Source: Bacillota bacterium
GTDB taxonomy: Bacteria > Bacillota > Clostridia > Oscillospirales > Oscillospiraceae
NCBI GenBank assembly: GCA_030529825.1
Contig: JAUMWD010000008.1
Span: 321-64,320 of the forward strand
Reading direction: 5' to 3'
Length of the DNA: 64,000 bases
Under the pieces are notes generated by a model. It searched no databases, had not been told where the DNA came from, and was given only the letters and a program-made list of their open reading frames with translations. Positions 52,346 through 61,776 of this stretch are shown in pieces. The position numbers and the translations under genes are program-made. The number at the start of each line of letters is the position of its first letter. Positions within the stretch are counted from its first letter, which is position 1.

Positions 52346-54452
52346 GTCCAAGCCTCCAGGTGGGTGTAGTCCTGCTTATGAGTTTCTCGCAGGTGCAGAG
52401 CATGGGAGAAAGGAGCAGCATAATAACACATTCGCTGATTATGGCGCCGCGGGCAAGGAGAATGCACATACCACGGACAATGTTTATATCGCACACGATA
52501 TAAACGCCGAAGGTAACCACAAAGAACACCATGGCGCTCTGGAAAATTGATTTTTCCGCGGTTTCCGCGGCAGCAAAGATAGCTTCCTCTCTTGGCAGAT
52601 GCACAAGCTCCTCACGGAATCGGGTTGTCAGCAAAATCGCGTAGTCCACGGTGGCGCCCAGCTGAATGCAGTTTACAACCGTGGGGTCAACGAAGGAAAC
52701 CGTAGTACCCGTAAGAGTGGATATTGCCAGATTGAGCCATATTGCAAGCTCAATGGCGAGAACGAGGATTACGGGAAGTGTGGGAGACCTGAAGCATATC
52801 GCTATGAGAATGAAAATCGCTACTATTGACAGCACCGCCGTCACCGCGAAGTCTCTGTCCGTTGTGTCCATGAGTCCCTGGGTAATGGCTCCCTCGCCTG
52901 TTATATAGGCGTTGCGGTCACAGGCCTTTACAATGCGGTCCATGTCCTTAAGCTGCTGTGTCAGCTCCGGGGTGGCAGGGCTGTATTGGGAGTTCACCAT
53001 GATGAGCTGCAGGCCGTCCTGCTTGCACAGCTCAAGTATTTCGTCGGGAATTATGCTGTCGGGAATTCCGGGCCCCACAAGGGAATTATAGGCCAGAATA
53101 TAGCTTATGCCGTCGAGACTCTCCAGCTCGCGCTCCATTTTACGTAGGTTTTCCGCGGGGATAGAGTCGTCAACGATGACAAACTGGGTGCTGGCCATGC
53201 CGAAGTCGTCCTTCAGGGCCTGAAGCCCCTCAATTGAGGTCATATATGAGGGCAGCGCCCTGTCCATGCTGTAATACTTATCCACATTGTTCTGCACAAG
53301 GTAGGCAGGCACAAGGAGAAGCAGGAAAAGCAGGGAGAAGGCCCGACGGTGCTTAAGCACGAATTTATTAATCCGGGTAAAGCCGGGAATATAGCTTTTG
53401 TGGGTATATTTTGCCATGGGCTCCTCAAAAACAAGGAGGATTGCCGGGAGAACGAAAACAACGGTGAGTATGCCGAACACAACGCCCTTGGCCATAACAA
53501 AGCCGATGTCAAAGCCTAATTTCAGCCGCATGAAGCAAAGGGCGGCGAAGCCGAACACCGTGGTGAGGGAGCTTCCCAAAAGGGCGGTGAAGGATTTTGA
53601 AACCGCCTCCGCCATAGCCTCCTCGCGGGTTTCAAAACGAGGTCTTTCCTCGGCATAGCGGTCAATGAGGAAGATGGAGTAGTCCATGGTGACGCCCATC
53701 TGCAAAATGGCGGCAACGCACTGGGTTATGAAGGAAATCTCCCCCATGAAGAAATTGCTGCCCATATTGTAGGCCACCGCAAGTCCCAGCGTTCCCACGA
53801 TTACAAGAGGCTGCAGCCAGGACTTCATCATCACCGTCATCACCGCCAACGCGAGAAGTACCGCTATGGCTATGTATATGGGCGCCTGGGTATCCGCAAG
53901 CTCGTGAGTGTCGTCCACCATGACGGAAAGTCCGCTTAAGTAGCACTCCTCATCCAGAAGCTTTTTTATCTCTCCGATGGCCTGAAGGTCTGCGCCCTCA
54001 ACGCCGTCGGCTTTCTCATAGCGCACCAGCATCATGGTCTTGCTGTCGTCCTTTGAGTAGAAAACATCCTTAATGGCATCGGGGAGAATGTCCGCGGGAA
54101 TTCCGATGTCCGCAATGGTGTCCACCCAAATCACCGAGGACACATAGTCAACCTGCAATATTTCATTTTTCAGTGCCACCGTCTGCTTGGGAGACATATT
54201 CTCCGTAATGACGATGGAAATTCCCGCCGTATCAAAGGTTTCGTCCAGCACCCTTTCTCCCTGCATGGACTCAAGGTCCTCGGGGAGGTAGGACAGAATG
54301 TCATAGTTGACACCCGTGCAGAAAAAGCCTATGGCCGCAGGTATGACAAGAAGCAGAGCAAGTACAAGCACAAGCTTCGGATGCTTTGCCTCCCAGAAGG
54401 CTATTTTCTTCAAGCCATACACCTCATAATCACTAAATGACTGAATAAACAT
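52332..54452 (-). CDS. MMPL/RND-superfamily membrane transporter
   Basis: 706 aa; two 6-TM bundles each preceded by a large loop, typical MMPL architecture. Confidence 0.85.
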   Translation of the reverse strand: MFIQSFSDYEVYGLKKIAFWEAKHPKLVLVLALLLVIPAAIGFFCTGVNYDILSYLPEDLESMQGERVLDETFDTAGISIVITENMSPKQTVALKNEILQVDYVSSVIWVDTIADIGIPADILPDAIKDVFYSKDDSKTMMLVRYEKADGVEGADLQAIGEIKKLLDEECYLSGLSVMVDDTHELADTQAPIYIAIAVLLALAVMTVMMKSWLQPLVIVGTLGLAVAYNMGSNFFMGEISFITQCVAAILQMGVTMDYSIFLIDRYAEERPRFETREEAMAEAVSKSFTALLGSSLTTVFGFAALCFMRLKLGFDIGFVMAKGVVFGILTVVFVLPAILLVFEEPMAKYTHKSYIPGFTRINKFVLKHRRAFSLLFLLLLVPAYLVQNNVDKYYSMDRALPSYMTSIEGLQALKDDFGMASTQFVIVDDSIPAENLRKMERELESLDGISYILAYNSLVGPGIPDSIIPDEILELCKQDGLQLIMVNSQYSPATPELTQQLKDMDRIVKACDRNAYITGEGAITQGLMDTTDRDFAVTAVLSIVAIFILIAICFRSPTLPVILVLAIELAIWLNLAISTLTGTTVSFVDPTVVNCIQLGATVDYAILLTTRFREELVHLPREEAIFAAAETAEKSIFQSAMVFFVVTFGVYIVCDINIVRGMCILLARGAIISECVIMLLLSPMLCTCEKLISRTTPTWRLGHEYK

Positions 54453-54623
54453 TTTACTCCAAAGTGATGATTATTTCAACTGTGAAGCCCGTTAATATAT
54501 TTCCGCATTTGTCAGATTTTCACTTTTTCCGGCGCCGCAGCATTATCACCTTGACTTTTGAGGGCTTTGGGTATATTAGTGTAATTATGGGAAATTATTA
54601 ACAATTTGAAAAGGAGAATGTAT

Positions 54624-56534
54624 ATGAAAGGCAAAAAGCTGCTTGCGCTGTTGCTTTCGGTAATGATGCTTGTGCCGCTGTTTGCAGGAGTTGGCACCGC
54701 ATCCGCCGAGGAAATCAGCGGCGCGGATTACCCCACCGTCTTTGTCCACGGTCTGTTGGGCTGGGGCGATGAGGACTCCATCAACAAGATCGTGCCCTAC
54801 TGGGGCATGACCGCAGGCGATATGAACGCCTACATGAACGGCCTCGGCTACAACACCTATGTGGCCTCCGTGGGCCCCGTTTCCAGCGCATGGGACCGCT
54901 GCTGTGAGCTTTACGCACAGCTTGCGGGAACAAAGGTTGACTACGGTCAGGCGCACTCCGACAAGTCAAGCGCACAGTTTGACGAGCTCGGCTATGACCT
55001 GCACCATGAGCGCTACGGACGCGACTACACGAACAATGCCCTCATTGACGAAAACTGGGGACCCATTTGGGAAAACGGCAAGGTTGTGGGCTGGTATGAC
55101 ACCAAGGTAAACCTTGTGGGCCATTCCTTCGGCGGCCCCACCATCGTGGAATTCCTTCAGCTTCTGGCAGAGGGTGACGAGGCAGAGCGTCAGTGGGGCA
55201 TGCAGCAGGCAAAGCTTTACGGCGGCGACTGGCACGACTACATCTCCCCCCTGTTCTGGGGCGATTATGATGGCGAGTATCTCGTAAACTCCCTCACCAC
55301 TCTTGCCGGCGTTCTCAACGGCACCACCTTCATCTCTGCCTGCGACGACGAAACCGCCTTCCTCACCGACTTCGTAATGACTCTCGGCAACGCCATCGGC
55401 TGCACCGACCTTGTAGGACTTTACGACTTCCAGCTTGAGCATTTCGGTCTCACCAAAACCCCCGGCACCGATGCGAAGGCTTACTTCGATTACATCAAGC
55501 GCGCGGGCTTCATCGAGGCCGATGACCAGGCATGGTATGACCTTTCCATTGCAGGCTGCAACGAGCTGAAGCAGGGCTGGGAGACCTATGATAATGTTTA
55601 CTATTTCTCCTATGCCGGCGACAAGACTCACGAGATGCTGGGCAACAATGTTCCCGACCTTGATATGTGGCTGCTGTTCCAGCCCTTCTCCACAAAGATG
55701 GGCGCATATGTCAACCGCTACGAGTTTATCGACAATGTTGACGGCACCCGCTGGGGCTATGTCAACAACGAATGGAAGCCCAATGACGGCATGGTTAACT
55801 CCATTGCCGCAAGATATCCTCTGGGCGCAGCCCACAAGGACTATGACGAAAACAGCATAGAGCCCGGCGTATGGAATGTATACCCCGACCAGGATATTGA
55901 CCATCTGGGCTTCAGCGGCGGCATTCTCAACTCCAAGCCCATTCAGTGCCGCCAGTTCTACAAGAACCTCATGGAGGACATTGCCGCGACAAAGCCCGTC
56001 AGCGCAGAAAATCCCTTCGTTGATGTAAACAGCGGCAGCGTTTACTATGACGCGGTTCTGTGGGCCGTGGAAAAGGGCGTAACCAAGGGCGTTGACGACA
56101 CCCACTTTGCTCCCGATTCCGCCTGCACCCGCGGTCAGGTTGTCACCATGCTGTGGCGCGCCGCAGGCTGCCCCGAAAGCAGTCTCAAGACCAACCCCTT
56201 TGAGGATGTTGCAGGCACCAGCCCCTACTATGATGCAATTCTGTGGGCCGTGGAAAAGGGCATTGCAAAGGGCTATGACGCAAGTCACTTCTGCCCCAAC
56301 AAGACCGTGACACGCGCGGAATTTGTAACCTTCCTCTATCGCTACAGCGGCTCACCCGCCGTCAGCGGAAGCAATCCCTTTGCAGATGTAAGCAGCGGCA
56401 GTGCCTTCAAAGATGCCATTGTGTGGGCATCACAGCAGAACATCACCACGGGCTATGACGCAAGCCACTTCCGCCCCAACGAAACCTGCACCCGCTGGCA
56501 GGTAGTTCTGTTCCTTTACAGAGCCTTCGCATAA
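54624..56534 (+). CDS. Secreted triacylglycerol-lipase-like alpha/beta hydrolase with three C-terminal SLH domains
   Basis: 636 aa from ATG 54624; signal peptide; YPTVFVHGLLGW and VDYGQAHS...HERYG resemble staphylococcal-type lipases; nucleophile elbow GHSFGG. Confidence 0.8.
   Translation: MKGKKLLALLLSVMMLVPLFAGVGTASAEEISGADYPTVFVHGLLGWGDEDSINKIVPYWGMTAGDMNAYMNGLGYNTYVASVGPVSSAWDRCCELYAQLAGTKVDYGQAHSDKSSAQFDELGYDLHHERYGRDYTNNALIDENWGPIWENGKVVGWYDTKVNLVGHSFGGPTIVEFLQLLAEGDEAERQWGMQQAKLYGGDWHDYISPLFWGDYDGEYLVNSLTTLAGVLNGTTFISACDDETAFLTDFVMTLGNAIGCTDLVGLYDFQLEHFGLTKTPGTDAKAYFDYIKRAGFIEADDQAWYDLSIAGCNELKQGWETYDNVYYFSYAGDKTHEMLGNNVPDLDMWLLFQPFSTKMGAYVNRYEFIDNVDGTRWGYVNNEWKPNDGMVNSIAARYPLGAAHKDYDENSIEPGVWNVYPDQDIDHLGFSGGILNSKPIQCRQFYKNLMEDIAATKPVSAENPFVDVNSGSVYYDAVLWAVEKGVTKGVDDTHFAPDSACTRGQVVTMLWRAAGCPESSLKTNPFEDVAGTSPYYDAILWAVEKGIAKGYDASHFCPNKTVTRAEFVTFLYRYSGSPAVSGSNPFADVSSGSAFKDAIVWASQQNITTGYDASHFRPNETCTRWQVVLFLYRAFA
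56010..56531 (+). repeat. Three tandem ~60-aa SLH-like modules inside the lipase gene
   Basis: Modules start at 56010, 56193 and 56373: NPF(V/E/A)DV...Y(Y/K)DA(V/I)(L/V)WA...G(V/Y)D..HF.P....TR...V..L(W/Y)R. Confidence 0.75.
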
Positions 56535-56543
56535 AAGAAAAGC

Positions 56544-56578
56544 AAAAAGGAGACTGTCTCTGACAGTCTCCTTTTTTT
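56544..56578. terminator. Bidirectional terminator
   Basis: 10-bp stem ggagactgtc/gacagtctcc flanked by A5/T7. Confidence 0.7.
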
Positions 56579-56583
56579 ATTCT

Positions 56584-56796
56584 TCAATCCTCGATTTTAG
56601 TAAAGCGCTGATATTTCACTCCGTGGCGTTCAACGGTTTCAAGCCACATGGAAGCCGGGCGCACCCAAATGCCGAAATCACCGTAGAGGGCGCGGTAGAC
56701 AACCATTTCCTCTTGGGTTTCGGAATGGCGCGCAAGATACAGCACCTCATATTCATTGCCCTTGAAGTGGCGGTATTTTCCGGGTTTGATTTCCAT
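56584..56796 (-). CDS. DUF1653-family small protein
   Basis: 70 aa from ATG 56796 (GAGGGA SD); YRHFKGNEYEVLYLARHSETQEEMVVYRALYG...WVRP matches the DUF1653 pattern. Confidence 0.7.
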   Translation of the reverse strand: MEIKPGKYRHFKGNEYEVLYLARHSETQEEMVVYRALYGDFGIWVRPASMWLETVERHGVKYQRFTKIED

Positions 56797-56797
56797 A

Positions 56798-58387
56798 TTA
56801 CAGTCCCTCAAATATCTCCGCGCCCTTGGTGCCGAGCCAGCGGTTAATAAGTCTTGTGCAGAGAACCATTATTGCGGCGAAGATGACTATGATGCTGCTT
56901 GCTCCGATTTTGCTCTCAAGGAAATATCCTGCTGCGGCAAAGGCCACGGCAACTGCCCAGCCGCCGAAAATTATTACCAGCGCGGCCATGCTCTGCTTAA
57001 CGGGAATGGATTCGTTTGTCCATGTGAGATTAGGCTTTTTGAGATTAAGCGCAAGGCCTGCGGCGGAGCTGAGCATGATGAATACAACTACCGCAAGCTC
57101 CGCAAAAACAGCCTCCGAAAAGTCAAGGCGGAAGGCATATGCCGAGGCGGCGGTGAGTAAGACCGCAGGAGGCATGGTGATAACCCAGTGCAGCTTCTGC
57201 TTTGCCTCCAGCACCGACTTTGCCTCCACGGGCATGGACTGGGCAATCCAGACGCTCTTGCCCTCAAGAGAAACGGAGGGGGCGGTTATATCGTTCATTG
57301 CCGCGCACAGCAGGCTCACTAAAACAACGATGAGAGGCGTATAGTCGCCGTAGCTCTGAAGCATGGGCGCGAATACCGAAATTCTGTCGCTGTATATGAG
57401 AACAAGCACGGCGGCAGCCACCATGAAAAAGCTGCCCAAGGCGGTGTTGAGCATATAGTTTGCGCTGGAGGTAAAGCGCTTGAGCTCCTTGCGGAAGAGA
57501 GCCTTGTCCGCACCCACAGCCTTCACGGTTTTTTCCTTGTAAACCTTCTTTGCCGAGGCTTCCTTCTTCGTGGTTATAGACACAAAGGTCTTGGAAAGGA
57601 TAAACCAGGTCAGGGCAAACAGCGCCGTCACAAGCAGCACGAACAGCAGGAGGCTCAAAACATCGCCTTCGCCGCCCATACCCATGAGATAGAAGGGATA
57701 CAGCCATGTTCTGACGGTTTCGCCCACGGCCTCGCTGTTGAGCATCAGGCTCTCGATTATGGTGTAGGACTGGGAGAAGAAGTAGTAGTATGCGGCGAAG
57801 AAAACAAGGGCAAAGGCCACCGTAAGGAAGCTCTTGTTTTTAAACTTTGCCGCCAAAAGCGCAACTATCCAGCCCAGGAAGCAGGTGAGCACGATGACCA
57901 GCACCGTTATGGCAGCAAACAGCAAAATCGCGGAGATGATTCCCCCGAAGGTGACGCCCGCGTAAATGAAGCGCACAACCGCGGCGGGAATAAACACGAT
58001 TGCCTCGTACATAAGCGCCATGAGCGCCACACCGAAGATACGCACCAGAAGAATGTTTGAGGGAGGTATGGGCATGGACAGAAGGAGCTCATTGTCCTTG
58101 GCATGGTACATGCCCGCATAGGTGTTGAAAACGCTGCCTAAAACACCCATGAGAATGGCGGTCATGCCCGTGAGAGTGTAGTAAAGCCAGGGTGTTTCGG
58201 AAAAAAGCAGGGGCACAAAGCTCAGGCTCATGGCTGCAAACGCGCTTGCAAGGAACAGCATCAGCAGTGCATAGAGCACAATGGTGGAAATAACCTTGCG
58301 CTTCGTTTTCAGCGCGCCGGTTTTTTTGTCCTGAAAGTAAAATGTGTTCAGCTCGAGGAACTGTTTTTTGAATAAGGCTTTAAGCAT
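56798..58387 (-). CDS. Large polytopic ABC exporter permease (putative-ABC-exporter family)
   Basis: 529 aa, ~12 TM; starts 3 nt after the ATPase stop. Confidence 0.7.
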   Translation of the reverse strand: MLKALFKKQFLELNTFYFQDKKTGALKTKRKVISTIVLYALLMLFLASAFAAMSLSFVPLLFSETPWLYYTLTGMTAILMGVLGSVFNTYAGMYHAKDNELLLSMPIPPSNILLVRIFGVALMALMYEAIVFIPAAVVRFIYAGVTFGGIISAILLFAAITVLVIVLTCFLGWIVALLAAKFKNKSFLTVAFALVFFAAYYYFFSQSYTIIESLMLNSEAVGETVRTWLYPFYLMGMGGEGDVLSLLLFVLLVTALFALTWFILSKTFVSITTKKEASAKKVYKEKTVKAVGADKALFRKELKRFTSSANYMLNTALGSFFMVAAAVLVLIYSDRISVFAPMLQSYGDYTPLIVVLVSLLCAAMNDITAPSVSLEGKSVWIAQSMPVEAKSVLEAKQKLHWVITMPPAVLLTAASAYAFRLDFSEAVFAELAVVVFIMLSSAAGLALNLKKPNLTWTNESIPVKQSMAALVIIFGGWAVAVAFAAAGYFLESKIGASSIIVIFAAIMVLCTRLINRWLGTKGAEIFEGL

Positions 58388-58389
58388 AA

Positions 58390-59094
58390 TTATTCCTCCA
58401 GCTCAAGGAACACAGCCTCAAGAGACTCGTCGCCCCTGACCTCTTCCATGGTGCCGGATTTGATGAGCTTGCCGCCCTTGATGATAGCCACCTTGTCGCA
58501 GAGCTTTTCCGCAACCTCCAGCACATGGGTGGAGAAGAAAATCGCGCAGCCGCTGTCGCACATTTCACGCATTATGCCCTTGAGAAGATGGGCAGCCTTG
58601 GGGTCAAGGCCCACAAAGGGCTCGTCCATGATTATGAGCTTGGGCTCATGGACAAGGGCGGAGATGATTGCCAGCTTCTGTTTCATGCCGTGGGAATAGG
58701 CGGAAAGAGGCTGGGCAAGGTCGTCGGTGATCTCGAAGATGTCCGCATATTTGCGGATGCGCTCTGCGCGCTCATCAGCGCCTACGCCGTAAACATCCGC
58801 CACGAAATTCAGATACTGAATGCCCGTCATGAACTCGTAGAGGTCGGGATTGTCGGGGATGTAGGCAAGCATTTTCTTGCACTCCAGGGGCTTTTCCTTA
58901 ACGGAAACGCCGTCAATGTATATTTCACCCTCATCGAACTTGAGGATGCCCACAACGGATTTCAGGGTTGTGGTTTTGCCCGCACCGTTATGACCGATGA
59001 AGCCGTAGATTTCACCCGGTGCAATGTGCAGAGTCAGGTCGTCAACGGCTTTCACATCGCCGTATTTCTTCGTAAGCTTTTCAATCTTTAGCAT
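58390..59094 (-). CDS. ABC transporter ATP-binding protein
   Basis: 234 aa from ATG 59094 (MLKIEKLTKKYGD); GHNGAGKTT, YSHGMKQKL, LIIMDEP. Confidence 0.88.
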   Translation of the reverse strand: MLKIEKLTKKYGDVKAVDDLTLHIAPGEIYGFIGHNGAGKTTTLKSVVGILKFDEGEIYIDGVSVKEKPLECKKMLAYIPDNPDLYEFMTGIQYLNFVADVYGVGADERAERIRKYADIFEITDDLAQPLSAYSHGMKQKLAIISALVHEPKLIIMDEPFVGLDPKAAHLLKGIMREMCDSGCAIFFSTHVLEVAEKLCDKVAIIKGGKLIKSGTMEEVRGDESLEAVFLELEE

Positions 59095-59629
59095 AGTATG
59101 AATAATCCTTTCCGTAACCCTCAAGATCAGAGCCGTATCTCAATACGGCAGACAGTGCAAACAGTATCAGCGCCAGGAAAATATCAACGCTGAATGTAAA
59201 GTCAAATGATGTATCTGTTTTCATCAGGGTGCCGATGATGACGACAATCATTTCCGATGCCGCAGGCAGGGCCAGCGAGAGAATTGCGAGAATTCTCATT
59301 TTCTTTGAAAACTCCACGGTAAAGGGTGTTCCCATTCTCAACTCATCCTTGAGATATTTCACCGCGAAGGCAAAAAAGACCGCCGCAAACGCGCTGGAAA
59401 CAGTCTGGCACAGAGCCTCAACCTGCATTGCGGCCATATCGATGTTCATATCATCGATTAAGCCAATAATCTCCACATTGCCGGTGCTTATGAGTGTTCC
59501 CGCCACGGCGCTTCCGAATATGGCCACAACAGCCAGAAACGTTGCCGCCACGACACAGCAGACAAAGAGCACCACGCAGATTATTTTAAACGCCTTTGCC
59601 CATTTCTGGACCTTATTTAGTGAATACAT
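59081..59629 (-). CDS. Four-TM membrane protein (DUF2975-like, tentative)
   Basis: 182 aa; overlaps the ATPase start by 14 nt. Confidence 0.5.
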   Translation of the reverse strand: MYSLNKVQKWAKAFKIICVVLFVCCVVAATFLAVVAIFGSAVAGTLISTGNVEIIGLIDDMNIDMAAMQVEALCQTVSSAFAAVFFAFAVKYLKDELRMGTPFTVEFSKKMRILAILSLALPAASEMIVVIIGTLMKTDTSFDFTFSVDIFLALILFALSAVLRYGSDLEGYGKDYSYYAKD

Positions 59630-59711
59630 TCTGTTCTCCTTTCAAATAAACGATGGTTTTGGGTTTAAAAGGGCCGCTCCGTCTTCTGTGGAACAGCCCT
59701 CTGTTTTCGCA

Positions 59712-60329
59712 TTATGCGGCTTTCTCGGTTTCCTGCACGAGAGGAAGTCTCACGGTGTTAATTCTTGCCTTGGCATCGCTGCCGTCTCCCTGAACATAGG
59801 AAACGCTGAGTACGGTTCCGTCCTTATTAATCTCTGTTGCAAGCACGGTAATCTGCCAAGAGCTGCACTGAATTTCCGTTCTGCTTACCTCGCCGCCGAA
59901 AATGTTCTGCACGAGGAAATAGTGGCCGTTGTCATAGTCATTGCTGGCAACCAGCTCGCCGTTGTCCCAGAAGGCATTTTTAACGGAGTCGGAAACCACA
60001 CCGTTTTTAATGTCATAATAACGGCTGAAGGTGTGGTCGTTGGCGGTGAAGCGAATGCCCACCAAATCGTCGTTAATCTGGGCGATCCGGGGCTGCTCCG
60101 CGCACAGAGCGTGCTCCATGATTTCACCGTCACGGCTCTTGACTTCATAGCTGTATTTTACAATTCCGTCCTCGCCGGTGAGCTTTGTTACGGTGAAGTT
60201 CGAGCTTTCTACAACGACGGTGCCCTCGGTCTTGCTGTTCTCCTGACCTTCAACGGGCGTGGTATCGTTGCAGGCGCAAAGCGCAAGCACAGCCGCAGCC
60301 ATACAGATTATTGCAGCAAACTTTTTCAT
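59712..60329 (-). CDS. Hypothetical lipoprotein
   Basis: 205 aa from ATG 60329; lipobox VLALCACN; ATG overlaps the folA stop (ATGA). Confidence 0.6.
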   Translation of the reverse strand: MKKFAAIICMAAAVLALCACNDTTPVEGQENSKTEGTVVVESSNFTVTKLTGEDGIVKYSYEVKSRDGEIMEHALCAEQPRIAQINDDLVGIRFTANDHTFSRYYDIKNGVVSDSVKNAFWDNGELVASNDYDNGHYFLVQNIFGGEVSRTEIQCSSWQITVLATEINKDGTVLSVSYVQGDGSDAKARINTVRLPLVQETEKAA

Positions 60330-60811
60330 TCTGCACTGCTCCTTTCGTAGCACAAAAAGCGGTATCGGAGTCCCTCCTCCCACAGCTCGCCGCTGTCCTC
60401 GGTGATGCTCCACTCGGGACTCTCATCAAGGTTCGGGAAGAAGGAATCGGACTCGGGACATACATCAATTTTAGTGACATAAACCCTGTCCATATAGGGA
60501 TAGAAATCACGGAATACGCTTGCACCGCCTAAAATCATGCAGGGCTCCTCCCCGGCAAGGGCAACAGCCTCCTCCACGGTGTGGGCAAGCTCCGCACCCT
60601 CGATTTCAATATTCTGCCGCGTAATTACGATGTTGCGGCGGTTTTTAAGAGGTCGTCCACCGGGAAAATCGGCTAAAGTTCTGCGGCCGACAATCACGGT
60701 TTTTCCCCGTGTGCGCTCAACGAAGTTGGCGCGGTCTGCCTTCAGCACAACCTGCTGTGTTCCGTCTGCGCCTATTCCCCAGTCGGAGAACACGGCAACT
60801 ATTGCATCCAT
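60326..60811 (-). CDS. folA: Dihydrofolate reductase
   Basis: 161 aa; IVAVFSDWGIG...GRRTLADFPGGRPLKNRRNIVITR. Confidence 0.88.
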   Translation of the reverse strand: MDAIVAVFSDWGIGADGTQQVVLKADRANFVERTRGKTVIVGRRTLADFPGGRPLKNRRNIVITRQNIEIEGAELAHTVEEAVALAGEEPCMILGGASVFRDFYPYMDRVYVTKIDVCPESDSFFPNLDESPEWSITEDSGELWEEGLRYRFLCYERSSAE

Positions 60812-60844
60812 GATATCATCTCGCTTTTTTAATGGTTTATTGCG

Positions 60845-61675
60845 TCACACCGCAACGGGAATCTTCTTGTCAAAGGCATTGGGCTCGTAGCCCTCCATCT
60901 TGAAGCTGTCGCGGGTGAATTTATAGAAATCGTCAACATCCTTGTCCATTATGAACTTGGGTGCGGCCTTGGGTTCGTTCTTGATTATCTCCTCAATGAG
61001 GGGAATGTGTCTGTCGTAAATATGAGCGTCGGCGATGACATGCACAAGCTCGCCGGGCTCAAGGCCCGCCACCTGCGCCATCATGCAGGTGAGCACGGCG
61101 TACTGCACAACATTCCAGTTGTTTGCCGCCAGCATGTCCTGGGAGCGCTGGTTCAAAATCGCGTTGAGCTTGTTGCCGCTGACATTGAAGGTCATGGAGT
61201 AGGCGCAGGGATACAGCGCCATCTCGCTGAGGTCGGCGTGGTTGTAAATGTTGGTCATGATGCGGCGGGATGCCGGATTGTTCTTCAGGTCATAGATGAC
61301 GCGGTCAACCTGGTCCATGTCGCCTTCCTTATAGTGATGCTTCACGCCCAGCTGATAGCCGTAGGCCTTGCCGATGGAGCCGGACTCATCTGCCCATGCA
61401 TCCCACACACGGGCGCGAAGCTCGTTGACATTGTTGCTCTTTGCCTGCCATATCCACAGGAGCTCGTCAATGGCGCTCTTCCAGTAGGTGCGGCGGATGG
61501 TTAGGATGGGAAACTCCTCCGCAAGATTATAGCGGTTTACGATACCGAACTTTTTAACGGTGTGGGCAGGCGCGCCGTCATCCCATCTGGGACGCACATC
61601 AAGGTCTGTATCCCACACGCCGTTTTCGATTATATCTTTACAATTCTGAATGAATATTTCGTCTGCTCTGCTCAT
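60845..61675 (-). CDS. thyA: Thymidylate synthase (ThyA, B. subtilis ThyA-like subtype)
   Basis: 276 aa; ELLWIWQAKSNNVNEL, NPASRR, catalytic LYPCAY. Confidence 0.93.
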   Translation of the reverse strand: MSRADEIFIQNCKDIIENGVWDTDLDVRPRWDDGAPAHTVKKFGIVNRYNLAEEFPILTIRRTYWKSAIDELLWIWQAKSNNVNELRARVWDAWADESGSIGKAYGYQLGVKHHYKEGDMDQVDRVIYDLKNNPASRRIMTNIYNHADLSEMALYPCAYSMTFNVSGNKLNAILNQRSQDMLAANNWNVVQYAVLTCMMAQVAGLEPGELVHVIADAHIYDRHIPLIEEIIKNEPKAAPKFIMDKDVDDFYKFTRDSFKMEGYEPNAFDKKIPVAV

Positions 61676-61776
61676 GCTTATTCCTCCGCATAATTAATCA
61701 GTTTATTTTATCACAATCACCCCTTCAAGCGCAACAACATAATATGTGGAGAGAGTGGATAAAAAGGAGTGATGCT

